Shown here: positions 27,573 through 37,381 of the stretch, piece after piece
Layout of the letters: every line of letters begins with the position of its first letter
Position numbering within the stretch: the stretch's first letter is position 1
Source of the DNA: a virus
Lineage: Duplodnaviria > Caudoviricetes
Strand: one strand, 5' to 3'
Virus record (IMG/VR): IMGVR_UViG_3300028832_000112
Location: 41,681-105,680 of that record
DNA: 64,000 nucleotides
Notes under the pieces: model-generated
Databases searched by the model: none
What the model was told of the DNA's origin: nothing
Seen by the model: the letters and a program-made list of their open reading frames with translations, nothing else
Program-made: the position numbers and the translations under genes

Positions 27573-27611
27573 AAAGGCTGCCTAGACAATAGGCGGCCTT
27601 TTTGCTATATT
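27573..27611 (+). promoter_or_regulatory. Terminator fused to leaderless early promoter
   Basis: AAAGGCTGCCT-AGACAAT-AGGCGGCCTTTTT contains TAGACA(27583)-N17-TATATT(27606); ATG 7 nt later. Confidence 0.75.
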
Positions 27612-27618
27612 ATGCATT

Positions 27619-28155
27619 ATGAAGCCTCATATCTACAGTTCGTACGAAATCTTCCATGCCGAAAATGTCGGCTGGGGAGTAGACGACCATCTGCGTAATA
27701 ACCAGTTCGTCAAGCTTTCGGAATATGATGAGAAGGTAGCTGAACTTACTGGCGACCAGCGGCTCAATTTCGAAATGTTCTTTGACGAGCGTGAGGATAA
27801 TCGGTATTTGAGGCAACGTGTAGACCAGCTGGAACGTGAAAACGCCGCTCTCGTTGAACAGCTCCGCAAGGCGGTAGAAAACCAGTTGCCATGGATTCCG
27901 TGTTCGCTCAAGATACCCGAACGTGGAGAATTCGTTTTCGTCAATGGCAGCCAAGGAGTAGAGGTTCGATGCTGGGATACGATGGATGACACCGACGACT
28001 ATGACGGACATCCTATCAGCTGGGACGCTTGGTTCAAAGAGACCGAGGTGGACGGCGATCCTTACTTCTGGATAGATTTTGACGATGTGAAAGCCTGGAT
28101 GCCTATTCCGAAGGATCCAGAGGAACCTAAAAAAGACGAGGAACAACATGTATGA
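27619..28155 (+). CDS. DUF551-like phage protein with coiled coil
   Basis: WIPCSLKIPE...VKAWMPIP. Confidence 0.75.
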   Translation: MKPHIYSSYEIFHAENVGWGVDDHLRNNQFVKLSEYDEKVAELTGDQRLNFEMFFDEREDNRYLRQRVDQLERENAALVEQLRKAVENQLPWIPCSLKIPERGEFVFVNGSQGVEVRCWDTMDDTDDYDGHPISWDAWFKETEVDGDPYFWIDFDDVKAWMPIPKDPEEPKKDEEQHV

Positions 28156-28405
28156 TGATTACATTCCCAATGATATGTTTGGCTGTGTCGTTTACTTGAT
28201 TTTCGGCATCATTGCCATTGCTCTCATCGTATGGATGTGCGTTGGCAAGGATGAACAAGGTACGCTGTACATGGTAGGAAGCGACGACCCGGTCTGCACT
28301 GGTACGCTTCACACGACGTACAACGGATACGGTAGCGATACGCACACGTTCCATTGCGACGATGGCCGTGTCATTAAGGAAGTTACGAACTTTATCTTGA
28401 AGTAG
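28148..28405 (+). CDS. Hypothetical membrane-anchored protein
   Basis: TM segment; RBS GAGGA. Confidence 0.65.
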   Translation: MYDDYIPNDMFGCVVYLIFGIIAIALIVWMCVGKDEQGTLYMVGSDDPVCTGTLHTTYNGYGSDTHTFHCDDGRVIKEVTNFILK

Positions 28406-28413
28406 GAACAGTT

Positions 28414-29160
28414 ATGCCGACCGAAGAAATTAAAGAACTGATCAACGCCAAGGACGCTGCCGACATTTCGTCGAAGAAAGTTATCAAGTCTTTCATGAAG
28501 GATGTCAACAAGGCTATTCGCTCGGCATCCAAGGAAGGCGCATACGAGGTTTCCATTGATAACTATGGTACTGGCGGAACTATAATCAAGACAAAACCGC
28601 TGGCAAATTCGATCGAGCTCATGCTGCAGATTGCCGGGTATAAGGTTGACTGCTTGTTTGATGACGATTTCTGCTGCTATCGTTTCTATATCGACTGGAC
28701 TCCGCAAGAAACCGCATTGCCAGTATTCCCTACCGACAAGGAATTGGACGAGGCTCGCAAGAGGTTTTCCGTAGCTCAACACGATGCACGAAAAATCCAT
28801 CCAGTGGGACAGCAGCGTGATCCGTTCGCTGACTACGACCGAGAACGCTTCGCTCGCGAGCTCAAGGATGCTAACTTTTTGCTGTCTGGCTGGCTTGAGG
28901 AAGAAACCAAGCTGCGTAACCAGATTGTCGCCTTGATGAACCAAGTCACTTGGTATAAGGGCGGCCAAATTCCGGGACGGCTCGACGTCGCCATCTTGAA
29001 GGATGGAAAGACTGTTATCGGAGTTCCGAACAAGGACGGCTCGTTCGATATCAAGTATGTCATTATGAAGAACTCGCCAGATTGTAAGGTTGAGAACTTG
29101 TCTGTATCCCAAGACGATGTCGTCATGTGGAAGCATGCAAATGTACCGCCGGAGAAGTAG
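28414..29160 (+). CDS. Hypothetical protein
   Basis: RBS AGGA; operon context. Confidence 0.7.
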   Translation: MPTEEIKELINAKDAADISSKKVIKSFMKDVNKAIRSASKEGAYEVSIDNYGTGGTIIKTKPLANSIELMLQIAGYKVDCLFDDDFCCYRFYIDWTPQETALPVFPTDKELDEARKRFSVAQHDARKIHPVGQQRDPFADYDRERFARELKDANFLLSGWLEEETKLRNQIVALMNQVTWYKGGQIPGRLDVAILKDGKTVIGVPNKDGSFDIKYVIMKNSPDCKVENLSVSQDDVVMWKHANVPPEK

Positions 29161-29162
29161 CT

Positions 29163-29771
29163 ATGCAAGGTGATACCTACTGTTATACAATCAAGCAGAT
29201 CGACGACTATCTGGCGACGACTGGATTAACCGGGTTTGCGCTAGAAAACGAACGTCATCGGCTTATCGACCGTCTTTCTGTTCGTCTCAGTGGTACGGTC
29301 GATCCAGAGTCCGACGTGTTCTCTGGACATGACAAGGCTCAGTCGTTGATGAAAGCTGGGTTCGAACGGTATGAAATGATGATCGAGTTCATGAAGGCTC
29401 GTCGTGAAGGCGAATACGACGTCGAGGAATACAAGGCTGTCCCCGCGCCTACAGCTATCAACGACGGCTTCTTGGACATGGCTGCCTTGCTGTTCGACCG
29501 TGGCACCGAAATACATAATGCAAAGTTTGTGTACTGCAGCGAGTCCATAGAAATGAAGTTCGACTCGGTTCCGGGCTTGAAGTTCGGTATCGAGATCTTC
29601 TACGATACGCCAGACTTGATGTATGTGGATGCCACCGTCGATACGACTACCGAGAACTACGTTGCCAATCCGGACAATACGAAGTTCTACGTGAGCGAGA
29701 TGCCAGCGTACGACGTGAATTCATTGGCTAGCTATATCGACCAGCATGTCAAGTACTGGAAGGAAAGATGA
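29163..29771 (+). CDS. Hypothetical protein
   Basis: RBS GGAG; operon context. Confidence 0.7.
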   Translation: MQGDTYCYTIKQIDDYLATTGLTGFALENERHRLIDRLSVRLSGTVDPESDVFSGHDKAQSLMKAGFERYEMMIEFMKARREGEYDVEEYKAVPAPTAINDGFLDMAALLFDRGTEIHNAKFVYCSESIEMKFDSVPGLKFGIEIFYDTPDLMYVDATVDTTTENYVANPDNTKFYVSEMPAYDVNSLASYIDQHVKYWKER

Positions 29772-29884
29772 GTTTTCTCGGCTATCTCTGCTTTGCGGCT
29801 ATAATGCTAGAAATGGTGATCGTTTGGCCACCATTTCTTATAGTCTTTGTTATTTTCTGTATAATCGGAATTTGCTTTTGCTGA
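29768..29884 (+). CDS. 38-aa hydrophobic Cys-rich peptide
   Basis: MSFLGYLCFAAIMLEMVIVWPPFLIVFVIFCIIGICFC; ATGA overlap, RBS AAGGA. Confidence 0.55.
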   Translation: MSFLGYLCFAAIMLEMVIVWPPFLIVFVIFCIIGICFC

Positions 29885-29885
29885 A

Positions 29886-30371
29886 CTATTCCGGCTCGTT
29901 CTCGCAAAACGCGCTGCATTCTGGGCATCTTGAACGGTAGTTGCCAGCTGGCATGCTTGTACAGTATTGCCGCGATATGGCGAACTCGCAACCGCACTGG
30001 CAAACGAAGTGAAGTTTCCTTCCGTGCTTGAGTATGACCATATCCGTCTGGTTTAGCGGTGCCGTCTGGGCTAACAACCGCTTTTTGCATTCGGCTTCTT
30101 GGCGACGATACCGTTCCTCTGGGGACATCTTGCCTTGCTTGTAGGATTGTGTTCCTGGGTCGCCTTCTTTTATTGCGCCAGCATTGAGTAGTTCTTTAGT
30201 TTCGCACGAAGTCTGCGTGTCATTGAGGAATGTGACACCGTACCAGTCTCTGTCGGTAAGGTAATTTAGCGCCTTGATCGTGCTGACGTCGTGGATTTGA
30301 AACGCATGGTCTTTGAATACGCCGTCGGTGTGTATGAGTCGTTCGCGGTCGACTGCAACTGAAATAAGCAT
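29886..30371 (-). CDS. Hypothetical with C-terminal Zn ribbon
   Basis: CQCGC...CPEC; RBS AAGGAG. Confidence 0.7.
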   Translation of the reverse strand: MLISVAVDRERLIHTDGVFKDHAFQIHDVSTIKALNYLTDRDWYGVTFLNDTQTSCETKELLNAGAIKEGDPGTQSYKQGKMSPEERYRRQEAECKKRLLAQTAPLNQTDMVILKHGRKLHFVCQCGCEFAISRQYCTSMPAGNYRSRCPECSAFCENEPE

Positions 30372-30380
30372 TTGGTCTCC

Positions 30381-30785
30381 TTATAGGTCTGCTGCGGTAA
30401 GACGCTCGTCCGTATTGCACTCGAATACTTTGTTCTTGAACGTCTCGTTTGTGTCCCAAGACATATTGGACAAATGAAGAAGCTCATTGCTGTCATACGA
30501 GGCTACTTGGAACGAGTCGAGACGGTTTGGCAACCCCTTCTTTCCGTTCAGCTGGTCGGCTTGTTCGGCTACCGTGTAGGATTCCTTTCGGTCGGCGTAG
30601 GAATAGTTGCCATCATCGTCCTTGACGATAAATCCGTACCAAGTAGGCTCGTTGTTGCACTTCCACTCGCACCGTTCCTTGTCTGAGTCCAGCGTGAACG
30701 ACGCTTTACCGTGGTCGGTTCCTACCGCCCACGGCAATTCGAAGTTCGGCGCGTAGCCGACGAATGCTGCCACTACGGTTTTCAT
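30381..30785 (-). CDS. Hypothetical protein
   Basis: MKTVVAAF start just after previous stop. Confidence 0.65.
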   Translation of the reverse strand: MKTVVAAFVGYAPNFELPWAVGTDHGKASFTLDSDKERCEWKCNNEPTWYGFIVKDDDGNYSYADRKESYTVAEQADQLNGKKGLPNRLDSFQVASYDSNELLHLSNMSWDTNETFKNKVFECNTDERLTAADL

Positions 30786-30787
30786 GG

Positions 30788-31447
30788 CTATCCCGCATTG
30801 TATGACGAACAAATTACCTTCGCCTTGGTGTCACGGTACATTTCTCCGGAGTAGACGCCGATTTCGGTGATGGATTCCACTCGCTGGCACTCGTGGATGT
30901 TGAACGACTGGTCGAAGATGATGTCGTAGTCGTTGTACTGGCGATAACGGTTGAACTTCGACTTGCAGATTTCTTCCAATGTAGCCTTGTCCACGCATGC
31001 GATTACTGCCGAGTCGTAGCTGTCGTATCCGTCGTCGGAGAGCTTTACCATGAACAGACGGAACTGTCCGTGCTCGACGAGGTCTTGGCGGCGTTGTTCA
31101 ATCAATGCACCTACCTTGCGGTCGAAGTCGTCAGTGTCTACGCAAGTGTACATCTGCCAAGGCATATCGCTCAATACCTTGTTGCCACTATTGTCCTTGA
31201 TCCAGCTGGATACACGGAGGAGCCCATTATGGTTCTTGAAGTGCTGGATCATGCCGACACAGACGTCGGAACCCTCGATGTAGAACTTCACACCACAGTC
31301 AGCATAGGCCGTGTAGTCGATTTCGAGTCTCGGAACTCCCTTGATGGATACCCACGTCTCGAATTTCGGTACGAGGTGGTGTTTCTGTATGATGGGTTCG
31401 AGACCCAGTTTCTTGATTTCTTGCGCTATGAGTTCATCTGCTATCAT
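30788..31447 (-). CDS. Hypothetical protein (leaderless)
   Basis: C-terminal YDSYDSAVIA...VICSSYNAG phage motif. Confidence 0.75.
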   Translation of the reverse strand: MIADELIAQEIKKLGLEPIIQKHHLVPKFETWVSIKGVPRLEIDYTAYADCGVKFYIEGSDVCVGMIQHFKNHNGLLRVSSWIKDNSGNKVLSDMPWQMYTCVDTDDFDRKVGALIEQRRQDLVEHGQFRLFMVKLSDDGYDSYDSAVIACVDKATLEEICKSKFNRYRQYNDYDIIFDQSFNIHECQRVESITEIGVYSGEMYRDTKAKVICSSYNAG

Positions 31448-31454
31448 GTGAATA

Positions 31455-31512
31455 AATATAGCAATTTGTCCATGCCGTGTCTATTGACCGCATCAGTGTA
31501 TTTTACTATATT
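31455..31512. promoter_or_regulatory. Back-to-back divergent leaderless promoters
   Basis: Minus TAGACA-N17-TATATT; plus TTGACC-N17-TATATT; both ATGs 7 nt downstream. Confidence 0.8.
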
Positions 31513-31519
31513 GGAAACC

Positions 31520-32074
31520 ATGAGACCGCTATGTGGAAAAGTAATGTGCGACGATGACGACGATGACGTCGTCGATAGATGTTTTGAACGCAGACGCCTT
31601 TGGCGTTGGCGTGAATTTGACAGTAAATTCTGGGATGAAAGATACCGTCGTAAGATCGAGCTGAAGCTGGATGCCGACGGCAAGCCTATCTACGACGAAG
31701 ATGCATGGGGAATGTCCATCGAGACCCAGAAGGAAATCGATGCGTGGAAGTATCCGACGCCGATAGAGATTATCGAAGTCGTTGCGTTCCTTTGTCTGAG
31801 AAATATTCCGTACGAGCAACAGCATTATGCAGACAGATTCCCTTGGCGAGCGGTTAACAACTGGGGTGATGATACTGGCCGTTACCGCGATTGCCGTAAC
31901 AAGTACGAGTACAAGGAAGAAAGACACTGGTGCTGGCTCCGTATTCCGATGCCGGAAATGCTTTCGATGAACGGAATCCAGTTCGACGGTAAGACTTTCA
32001 CTGTCGGCGCGATGAAGTATGAACTTATCGACGTGATGAAGCGTGTCAGCGTGGAATGCGCCGAGTTTTTGTGA
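31520..32074 (+). CDS. Hypothetical protein (leaderless)
   Basis: MRPLCGKVMCDDDD start fixed by promoter. Confidence 0.7.
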   Translation: MRPLCGKVMCDDDDDDVVDRCFERRRLWRWREFDSKFWDERYRRKIELKLDADGKPIYDEDAWGMSIETQKEIDAWKYPTPIEIIEVVAFLCLRNIPYEQQHYADRFPWRAVNNWGDDTGRYRDCRNKYEYKEERHWCWLRIPMPEMLSMNGIQFDGKTFTVGAMKYELIDVMKRVSVECAEFL

Positions 32075-32081
32075 GGTAGGT

Positions 32082-32360
32082 ATGGCTCAAGATTCTTATG
32101 AATATGCCCATTGTAAGACGTGCTGCTGGGAGCCGACTGGCTATTGCCCAGTAAGCACGAATTTCGGCTGCGTTATCAAGAATGGCCAGTGTCAAGGCTC
32201 TTTGGAAGATATTTCCCAAGATATGTCGTATCCACCGTCAGTCCGTAAGAAGGCGGATAGTGAAATGACGAAAGAAACATTCATTGCCCACGGAACCACC
32301 TTTTGGGGCGACGGCGAGCCGTGGGAAATCGCTAAAGACCATGCTAGGGGAAGGTCGTAA
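32082..32360 (+). CDS. Small Cys-rich hypothetical protein
   Basis: RBS GAGG. Confidence 0.6.
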   Translation: MAQDSYEYAHCKTCCWEPTGYCPVSTNFGCVIKNGQCQGSLEDISQDMSYPPSVRKKADSEMTKETFIAHGTTFWGDGEPWEIAKDHARGRS

Positions 32361-32578
32361 TGCTTTACAGAGAATTTCATTCCTATACAGGAGAGCTTCA
32401 CAACATCGTGGCTGTGGACGAAGCCGACATGCACAAGCAGATGATGCTTATTGACCGCATGGAAGGATGTCCGGACGAAAAGAATCGATGGATCGAGTGC
32501 TACAACGAAGACATGAAGCTGAAGAACCGAATTGCGCGGTCGATGAGGGCCGTCATGGATAGAATATGTCTAAGATAG
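32360..32578 (+). CDS. Hypothetical protein
   Basis: TAATG coupling. Confidence 0.6.
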   Translation: MLYREFHSYTGELHNIVAVDEADMHKQMMLIDRMEGCPDEKNRWIECYNEDMKLKNRIARSMRAVMDRICLR

Positions 32579-33711
32579 AATCCGAAGTGCTCCCTTGGGA
32601 GACCATCCGTGAACGAATCTACGGTTCGTTGACAAATCCGGTAGGCTACAGACTGTTGGCCGACCTCTACGCTAACTTGCCGAAGTATTTCGACGAGACG
32701 AAGCTTCAAGAAATGCTCGACAATATGCCGTGGAAGCCGCACAACGAACTCCTTGCCGGAAAGCTGACCGACCGCTTGCTCGACTTGCTGGGTGCAGCGA
32801 AAGAATACACGGTAAGAGACCCTTGGTACAGCGTTCTTTCCGTAAAGCTCGTGCTTCCTAGCAAGTGCCAAGCGAATTGCGCCTTCTGCTACAACAAGCA
32901 CGGCGTCTATGGTCGACAAGTCGCAAGCACCGTCGATTACACGGCCATGGTGAACACATTGCTTGCCGTGTTGCGTATTGCAATGGGCCGTCCGATCAGT
33001 GTCGAGATTACTGGAGGCGAGCCGACGTCCGAACCGTATATTCTGGACAAACTTCTGGATAAGATGGTCATGGGCGGCATCACCAGAAATGACCAAGTCA
33101 AGCGCATCACCATGACTTCCAACGGATATCATCTGTACGAATGCATGAGTGGACTTGCTGGCAGGGTGAAGTACGTGAACCTTTCCTTGCACTCTACCGA
33201 CTTCGAGGAACGCACGAAAATTTTCGGCACGAGGAGCATCCCCAACAACGAGGAAATCGTCATCTTGACCGAGGAAGCTGCAAGGGAAGGCATCGACATG
33301 TCCGGCGTGTTTGTCGTGGACGACTTCTCGATGGATATGGAGAAGTTCGACCGTACGAACGAATGGTGCGAGAAGCACGGCCTCGTGTCCACCCGCTGGC
33401 GTTCGAACGTGTTCGAGAAGAACAAGGTAGGCGTAAAGGAATTTGCCGAGAAGCTTACCGACAATCCTTCGTACAAGCTTGTCGTGTACGAGGAAGCCGT
33501 CGACAGCTGCTACGCTATCCTTACGCGCAACGGATCCCACTTGGTCTACTTACTTGACGGCGTGGAAGACGCTACCCAGACTTCGCTTGGCGTGTCTGTC
33601 GTTATCCGTGGCGACGGCAAGATGTTCCACGACGCTTCTTGCCGCATGCCAGTGCTTAATTGGGGGCAGACCGGGTTCTTGCCCTTGAAGTATGTTTACG
33701 ACAAGAAATAA
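32566..33711 (+). CDS. Radical SAM protein
   Basis: CQANCAFC, ITGGEPT, TSNG, VNLSLHS. Confidence 0.88.
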   Translation: MSKIESEVLPWETIRERIYGSLTNPVGYRLLADLYANLPKYFDETKLQEMLDNMPWKPHNELLAGKLTDRLLDLLGAAKEYTVRDPWYSVLSVKLVLPSKCQANCAFCYNKHGVYGRQVASTVDYTAMVNTLLAVLRIAMGRPISVEITGGEPTSEPYILDKLLDKMVMGGITRNDQVKRITMTSNGYHLYECMSGLAGRVKYVNLSLHSTDFEERTKIFGTRSIPNNEEIVILTEEAAREGIDMSGVFVVDDFSMDMEKFDRTNEWCEKHGLVSTRWRSNVFEKNKVGVKEFAEKLTDNPSYKLVVYEEAVDSCYAILTRNGSHLVYLLDGVEDATQTSLGVSVVIRGDGKMFHDASCRMPVLNWGQTGFLPLKYVYDKK

Positions 33712-33722
33712 AGGACACAACA

Positions 33723-34229
33723 ATGATTACACCCAAATTCTTTGAAAGCTACTGTAACAAGCTCTTTGATGACAACTGCGACATCAAGACTGAACAGAGC
33801 TATCCCATGGAACTTCTCATCAGGTGCTACTACAAGGGTCGCTTGGTGGCCAGACTTCGCGTCCGTAACAACATGACGACCGAAGTCAGTGTCTACACGC
33901 CAGACCAGTGTTCTACGGATACGAGGTTCAAGTGGCGATTTAAGCATTTGCTGAAGAAGTACACCTATGTTGATCGTCACAAGATTGAAGTCATCAAGGA
34001 AATTACCAAGATGGTCAATTCCAAGTTCTACGCCCACTCGGACGACATCTGGGAACTCATTGACCAAATTACGGACGACGTATTCGCGATCGATGTTAGT
34101 GGCATTGGAGAACGCCTTATGGACAAGGCCGACCTTCTTCGCTACGGATCAATCAAGTGGCGTTCAAAGACACATGAACAAGATCCCCAACCGACCAAGG
34201 ATGCTGACAATGCCAAAACTGATGATTAA
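33723..34229 (+). CDS. Hypothetical protein
   Basis: RBS AAGGA. Confidence 0.7.
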   Translation: MITPKFFESYCNKLFDDNCDIKTEQSYPMELLIRCYYKGRLVARLRVRNNMTTEVSVYTPDQCSTDTRFKWRFKHLLKKYTYVDRHKIEVIKEITKMVNSKFYAHSDDIWELIDQITDDVFAIDVSGIGERLMDKADLLRYGSIKWRSKTHEQDPQPTKDADNAKTDD

Positions 34230-35160
34230 CGGAAAGAAGGCAAGCCGCAGTCTGAAGCGCAAGTGGACGATTTACCAGCTGACTCACAAGTGGACTGTCG
34301 AGGAATGGCTGTACCGTCTGCAGCTTGTCCAGTACAATCTCACGGAACGCAAGGGAATCTATTATTACGGAAAGGAAAGCGTCGAGGTGACGTTCCGCCG
34401 TTTCTACTACCACGGATTCCTCATCGCCGAGTTTGCTGTGTGGAATCCGGAGAACGTGATGCTGACGAAGCTGAACCGCGTTCGCTGTTCGTTCTTCGGG
34501 TGCAAGGATCCGACCAACAACGAATTTCCATGCAGAGGCATCTATGGCCAGCAGATTCTGGACTTGACCTACTGGTATGAAATGGAGCTGGTGTGCGGTT
34601 GCGAGAAGGAACCGAACTTCCCTCAGCATTGGAAGAAGGGAACCCTTGGCTGGCTCCTTATTCGAACAAACGAGGCTGTAGACAGGTTCATTTGTTCGGT
34701 TCACCAGTCCATGATGCTTGCCGAGTTCCACGACTTCGACACGAAGAAGCATTCGTACACTGCCGATCTTTACTGGAGCAGCTGGAAGATTCTACGTGAC
34801 TCGCTCAAGCGCCCGGTATGGGCTAACCACTTGATCCGCAGCATGGAGAAGACCAGCTTGAAGGACAAGTTCTACAAGCACTACCATGCATGGCACGACC
34901 GTTATGCCGTGTCCGCTACGATGAAGTTCGATGGAGACCCAGATTTCGATGCGATAGTAAAGATGGACGAGGCTGCTGTTCCGTTCATCTACAAGATCAT
35001 CAAGGAGAAACCGGATCCCATCGTGAGGGTCTTGGACGTTATCTACAAGGGCACCGTGACGTACGAGGGTACGGTTTCGCTGAAGGACGTATGCTCCGCG
35101 TGGGAGACCTTGCTGCCGCTCTGTAGCAACGTGATTCCAAGAACAGAAAAGCCAGCTTAA
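34210..35160 (+). CDS. Hypothetical protein
   Basis: RBS AAGGA before MPKLMING; C-terminal helical domain. Confidence 0.7.
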   Translation: MPKLMINGKKASRSLKRKWTIYQLTHKWTVEEWLYRLQLVQYNLTERKGIYYYGKESVEVTFRRFYYHGFLIAEFAVWNPENVMLTKLNRVRCSFFGCKDPTNNEFPCRGIYGQQILDLTYWYEMELVCGCEKEPNFPQHWKKGTLGWLLIRTNEAVDRFICSVHQSMMLAEFHDFDTKKHSYTADLYWSSWKILRDSLKRPVWANHLIRSMEKTSLKDKFYKHYHAWHDRYAVSATMKFDGDPDFDAIVKMDEAAVPFIYKIIKEKPDPIVRVLDVIYKGTVTYEGTVSLKDVCSAWETLLPLCSNVIPRTEKPA

Positions 35161-35174
35161 AGCTGGCTTTTTTT
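35147..35174. terminator. Bidirectional terminator
   Basis: AAAAGCCAGCT-TAA-AGCTGGCTTTTTTT. Confidence 0.8.
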
Positions 35175-35250
35175 ATTCTGTCTTTAACCGCGATTCAAGT
35201 CCTTTTATGTGCTTAAAGGCGTATTCGGCGATTTCGGTGGTAAGGCTCAT
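35173..35250 (-). CDS. 25-aa peptide or gene remnant
   Basis: RBS AAGGAGG, TAATG coupling; MSLTTEIAEYAFKHIKGLESRLKTE. Confidence 0.45.
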   Translation of the reverse strand: MSLTTEIAEYAFKHIKGLESRLKTE

Positions 35251-35876
35251 TACGCCTCCTTGGCTTGCGGCGGAGGATTGCGCTCTTCGTCCGGCAGAAG
35301 GGCGAGATACTTGTCCTCGTAGTAACGTTTCCAGTAGTTCGATTTGGCCAGTTCTTCACGCAACGTACAGTCCAAGTTGAGGTCGAACGAGAATGCCCCG
35401 GTCTCCTTGTTGCCCATCATTGACTTTACGAAGCCAGCATCGTAGAGCCGCTGGAATTCCTTTTCCACGCACTTTTCGGTCATCTGCTTGTATCGACGGA
35501 GCTGCGCCAGTTCTCTCAGCAAATCCGGTGCTACGATTTCCTTGCTGTTGTCGAATTTCCAGCTCCAGTAGAGGTTGTTCACAAGGCGCTTGTACTGTCC
35601 GTTGAGGTGGCCGCTTGTCATTGCCGTCCAGTCGCAGAAGGACGGATACGCAGCCATCGGAATAGCGTTTTCGGCCAGCGTTTTCACGCCAAGGGTATCG
35701 TCTTCCTCGACGGTTCCGATTACATAGGCGTGTCCACGTCCTACTTGCTTCGGATACAACGCAATAGCGTCATCTGGGGTTTCGGCGTCGATGAGTTTAG
35801 GGCATTCGAGTTCGGGGATTTCGGCTTCGTAGACGGCGAAGTATCCCCATGCGACTAAGTAGTGCTTCGTATTCAT
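35250..35876 (-). CDS. Hypothetical protein
   Basis: MNTKHYLV start overlapping upstream stop. Confidence 0.7.
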   Translation of the reverse strand: MNTKHYLVAWGYFAVYEAEIPELECPKLIDAETPDDAIALYPKQVGRGHAYVIGTVEEDDTLGVKTLAENAIPMAAYPSFCDWTAMTSGHLNGQYKRLVNNLYWSWKFDNSKEIVAPDLLRELAQLRRYKQMTEKCVEKEFQRLYDAGFVKSMMGNKETGAFSFDLNLDCTLREELAKSNYWKRYYEDKYLALLPDEERNPPPQAKEA

Positions 35877-36772
35877 TTGATTTCCTTTCCGGCGAGGAGC
35901 TTTTCGCTCCATGCGTTGACTTCGTTGCCGCGTTCGGTGTGGGTGACATGATCCGAGTTGACATATTCTTCCAGCTTCTGCAAGAGTTCGTCTTCCATCT
36001 TCAGTACGCCGTCGGCCAGCGAGGCGATCCATACATGGAACGGAGTGCATGTTGCATCGGCGTACAGCAACATTTTCATGTTCGGATAGTCGTGCTTTCC
36101 GTTGGTCTCGGTGAGCACGAGGCCCATATCGTCCTTGTCAGAGTATCGCTTTCCGTGAATATAATTATGACGATACGGAAATTCTACGGCTGCGATATAG
36201 TCTGGATGGTTGTCCGAGTAGATATAGATGGTGAAGTCGCAGTTGGCGATGCCTTCGTATTCATCCTTGTACATCGATTCGGGGACATTCCAGATGCGTT
36301 CCTTCATTTCGACGTGGGCGTCTGTGAGGTGCATCTTGAGGACATAGTAGTCCGGCTTTGTCGGTTCGATAATCTTACCGAAAGTCTTGAACGGATGCCT
36401 AAAGGAAAATCCGGATGTGGTTTCATTGATCATGTAGCGTAGGCCACTGTACTTGTTTTCATAGAAGCTGGCATAAGGTTTCATCGCATCGGCAAGCATC
36501 TTGCTGGTCGTCTCGTCAAAGCGGGTCGGTTCGGTTGAATATGAGAATCTGCGGAGACGGTCTAGCATCAGAGATTGTTCGAATTCTTTTACGAACGGGT
36601 TGCCGTCGCTCAGATCATCGGAATGCTCCTTGACCAGCGCGAGAATCTTGTTGCGCGTGGGTGTCGGGTTCCACAGCTGCTTGCGCCAGATGGTTTCTGC
36701 TTTATTGAATGCGTCGGCGTATTCGCTGCGCTGGCATTGTGCATAGTATTCTGCAAACGGATTGCTACTCAA
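35873..36772 (-). CDS. Hypothetical protein
   Basis: TTG start with RBS AGAGG behind promoter. Confidence 0.75.
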   Translation of the reverse strand: MSSNPFAEYYAQCQRSEYADAFNKAETIWRKQLWNPTPTRNKILALVKEHSDDLSDGNPFVKEFEQSLMLDRLRRFSYSTEPTRFDETTSKMLADAMKPYASFYENKYSGLRYMINETTSGFSFRHPFKTFGKIIEPTKPDYYVLKMHLTDAHVEMKERIWNVPESMYKDEYEGIANCDFTIYIYSDNHPDYIAAVEFPYRHNYIHGKRYSDKDDMGLVLTETNGKHDYPNMKMLLYADATCTPFHVWIASLADGVLKMEDELLQKLEEYVNSDHVTHTERGNEVNAWSEKLLAGKEIK

Positions 36773-36805
36773 TTTCTACCTCTTGGTTGTTGGTTCGATG
36801 GGCTT

Positions 36806-36834
36806 AATATAACTTTTAAATTGAGTTGTGTCAA
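36806..36834 (-). promoter_or_regulatory. Early promoter
   Basis: TTGACA-N17-TATATT. Confidence 0.8.
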
Positions 36835-36850
36835 GAGATATTTTAAAAAT

Positions 36851-37324
36851 TTATCGATAAAGACAGAGTCGCGACGTACCCAGTGCGTTCAGCACGAGCT
36901 TGCTGTCGAGTTCCAGCTGTTTGATGCGCTTGTCCAGTTCCTTCTTCTGGGCCTTGTATGCCCTGATGAACGGCTGGATTTCCTTCATCGGTATCTGTCT
37001 GTAGATGTAGACCGTGGCGTCCGTGCTGCTGCCTACCGAGACTGTCTTGCAGCAGTCCACGCCAGTCGTGTACATGCGGTCTCCGCTGAACTCGTATCGG
37101 ACGATGTGGTCGACGTCGAGTACGAGTTCTCCTTTGTCCGAGAGAAATGCTAGGCTAGGCTTGACGATGGTGTAGGTGTTCCACGACGCCGTGTCGTCTC
37201 TCCAGTGTTCCACGATTTTGACGAAACAGGGGTCTGCGTGGGCGATGGCCTCGGCGATGGTCGCCATCGGTTTATTGTCGCCTTGGCTGATTTCAAATGT
37301 TGCTAAAAGGTTTCTGTTTTTCAT
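36851..37324 (-). CDS. Hypothetical protein (leaderless)
   Basis: ATG 7 nt after -10. Confidence 0.7.
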   Translation of the reverse strand: MKNRNLLATFEISQGDNKPMATIAEAIAHADPCFVKIVEHWRDDTASWNTYTIVKPSLAFLSDKGELVLDVDHIVRYEFSGDRMYTTGVDCCKTVSVGSSTDATVYIYRQIPMKEIQPFIRAYKAQKKELDKRIKQLELDSKLVLNALGTSRLCLYR

Positions 37325-37331
37325 GCTGTCC

Positions 37332-37374
37332 AATATAGCAAAAGTTTGACACCGCGTCAGCGCTTTGCTATATT
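37332..37374. promoter_or_regulatory. Interlocked divergent leaderless promoters
   Basis: Plus TTGACA(37346)-N17-TATATT; minus CTGACG-N17-TATATT. Confidence 0.8.
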
Positions 37375-37381
37375 TAGCACT

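Noticed and set aside
30893-31519. Long N-terminal extensions in the ORF track (e.g. 30893, 41960-43117, 11454, 33967, 59839-60858, 18177)
   Set aside because: They run through promoters or overlap real genes; true starts are set by the promoter or RBS
32566-33711. Viperin-like or specific pathway assignment for the radical SAM protein
   Set aside because: Only generic radical SAM motifs are visible; no partner genes support a specific function
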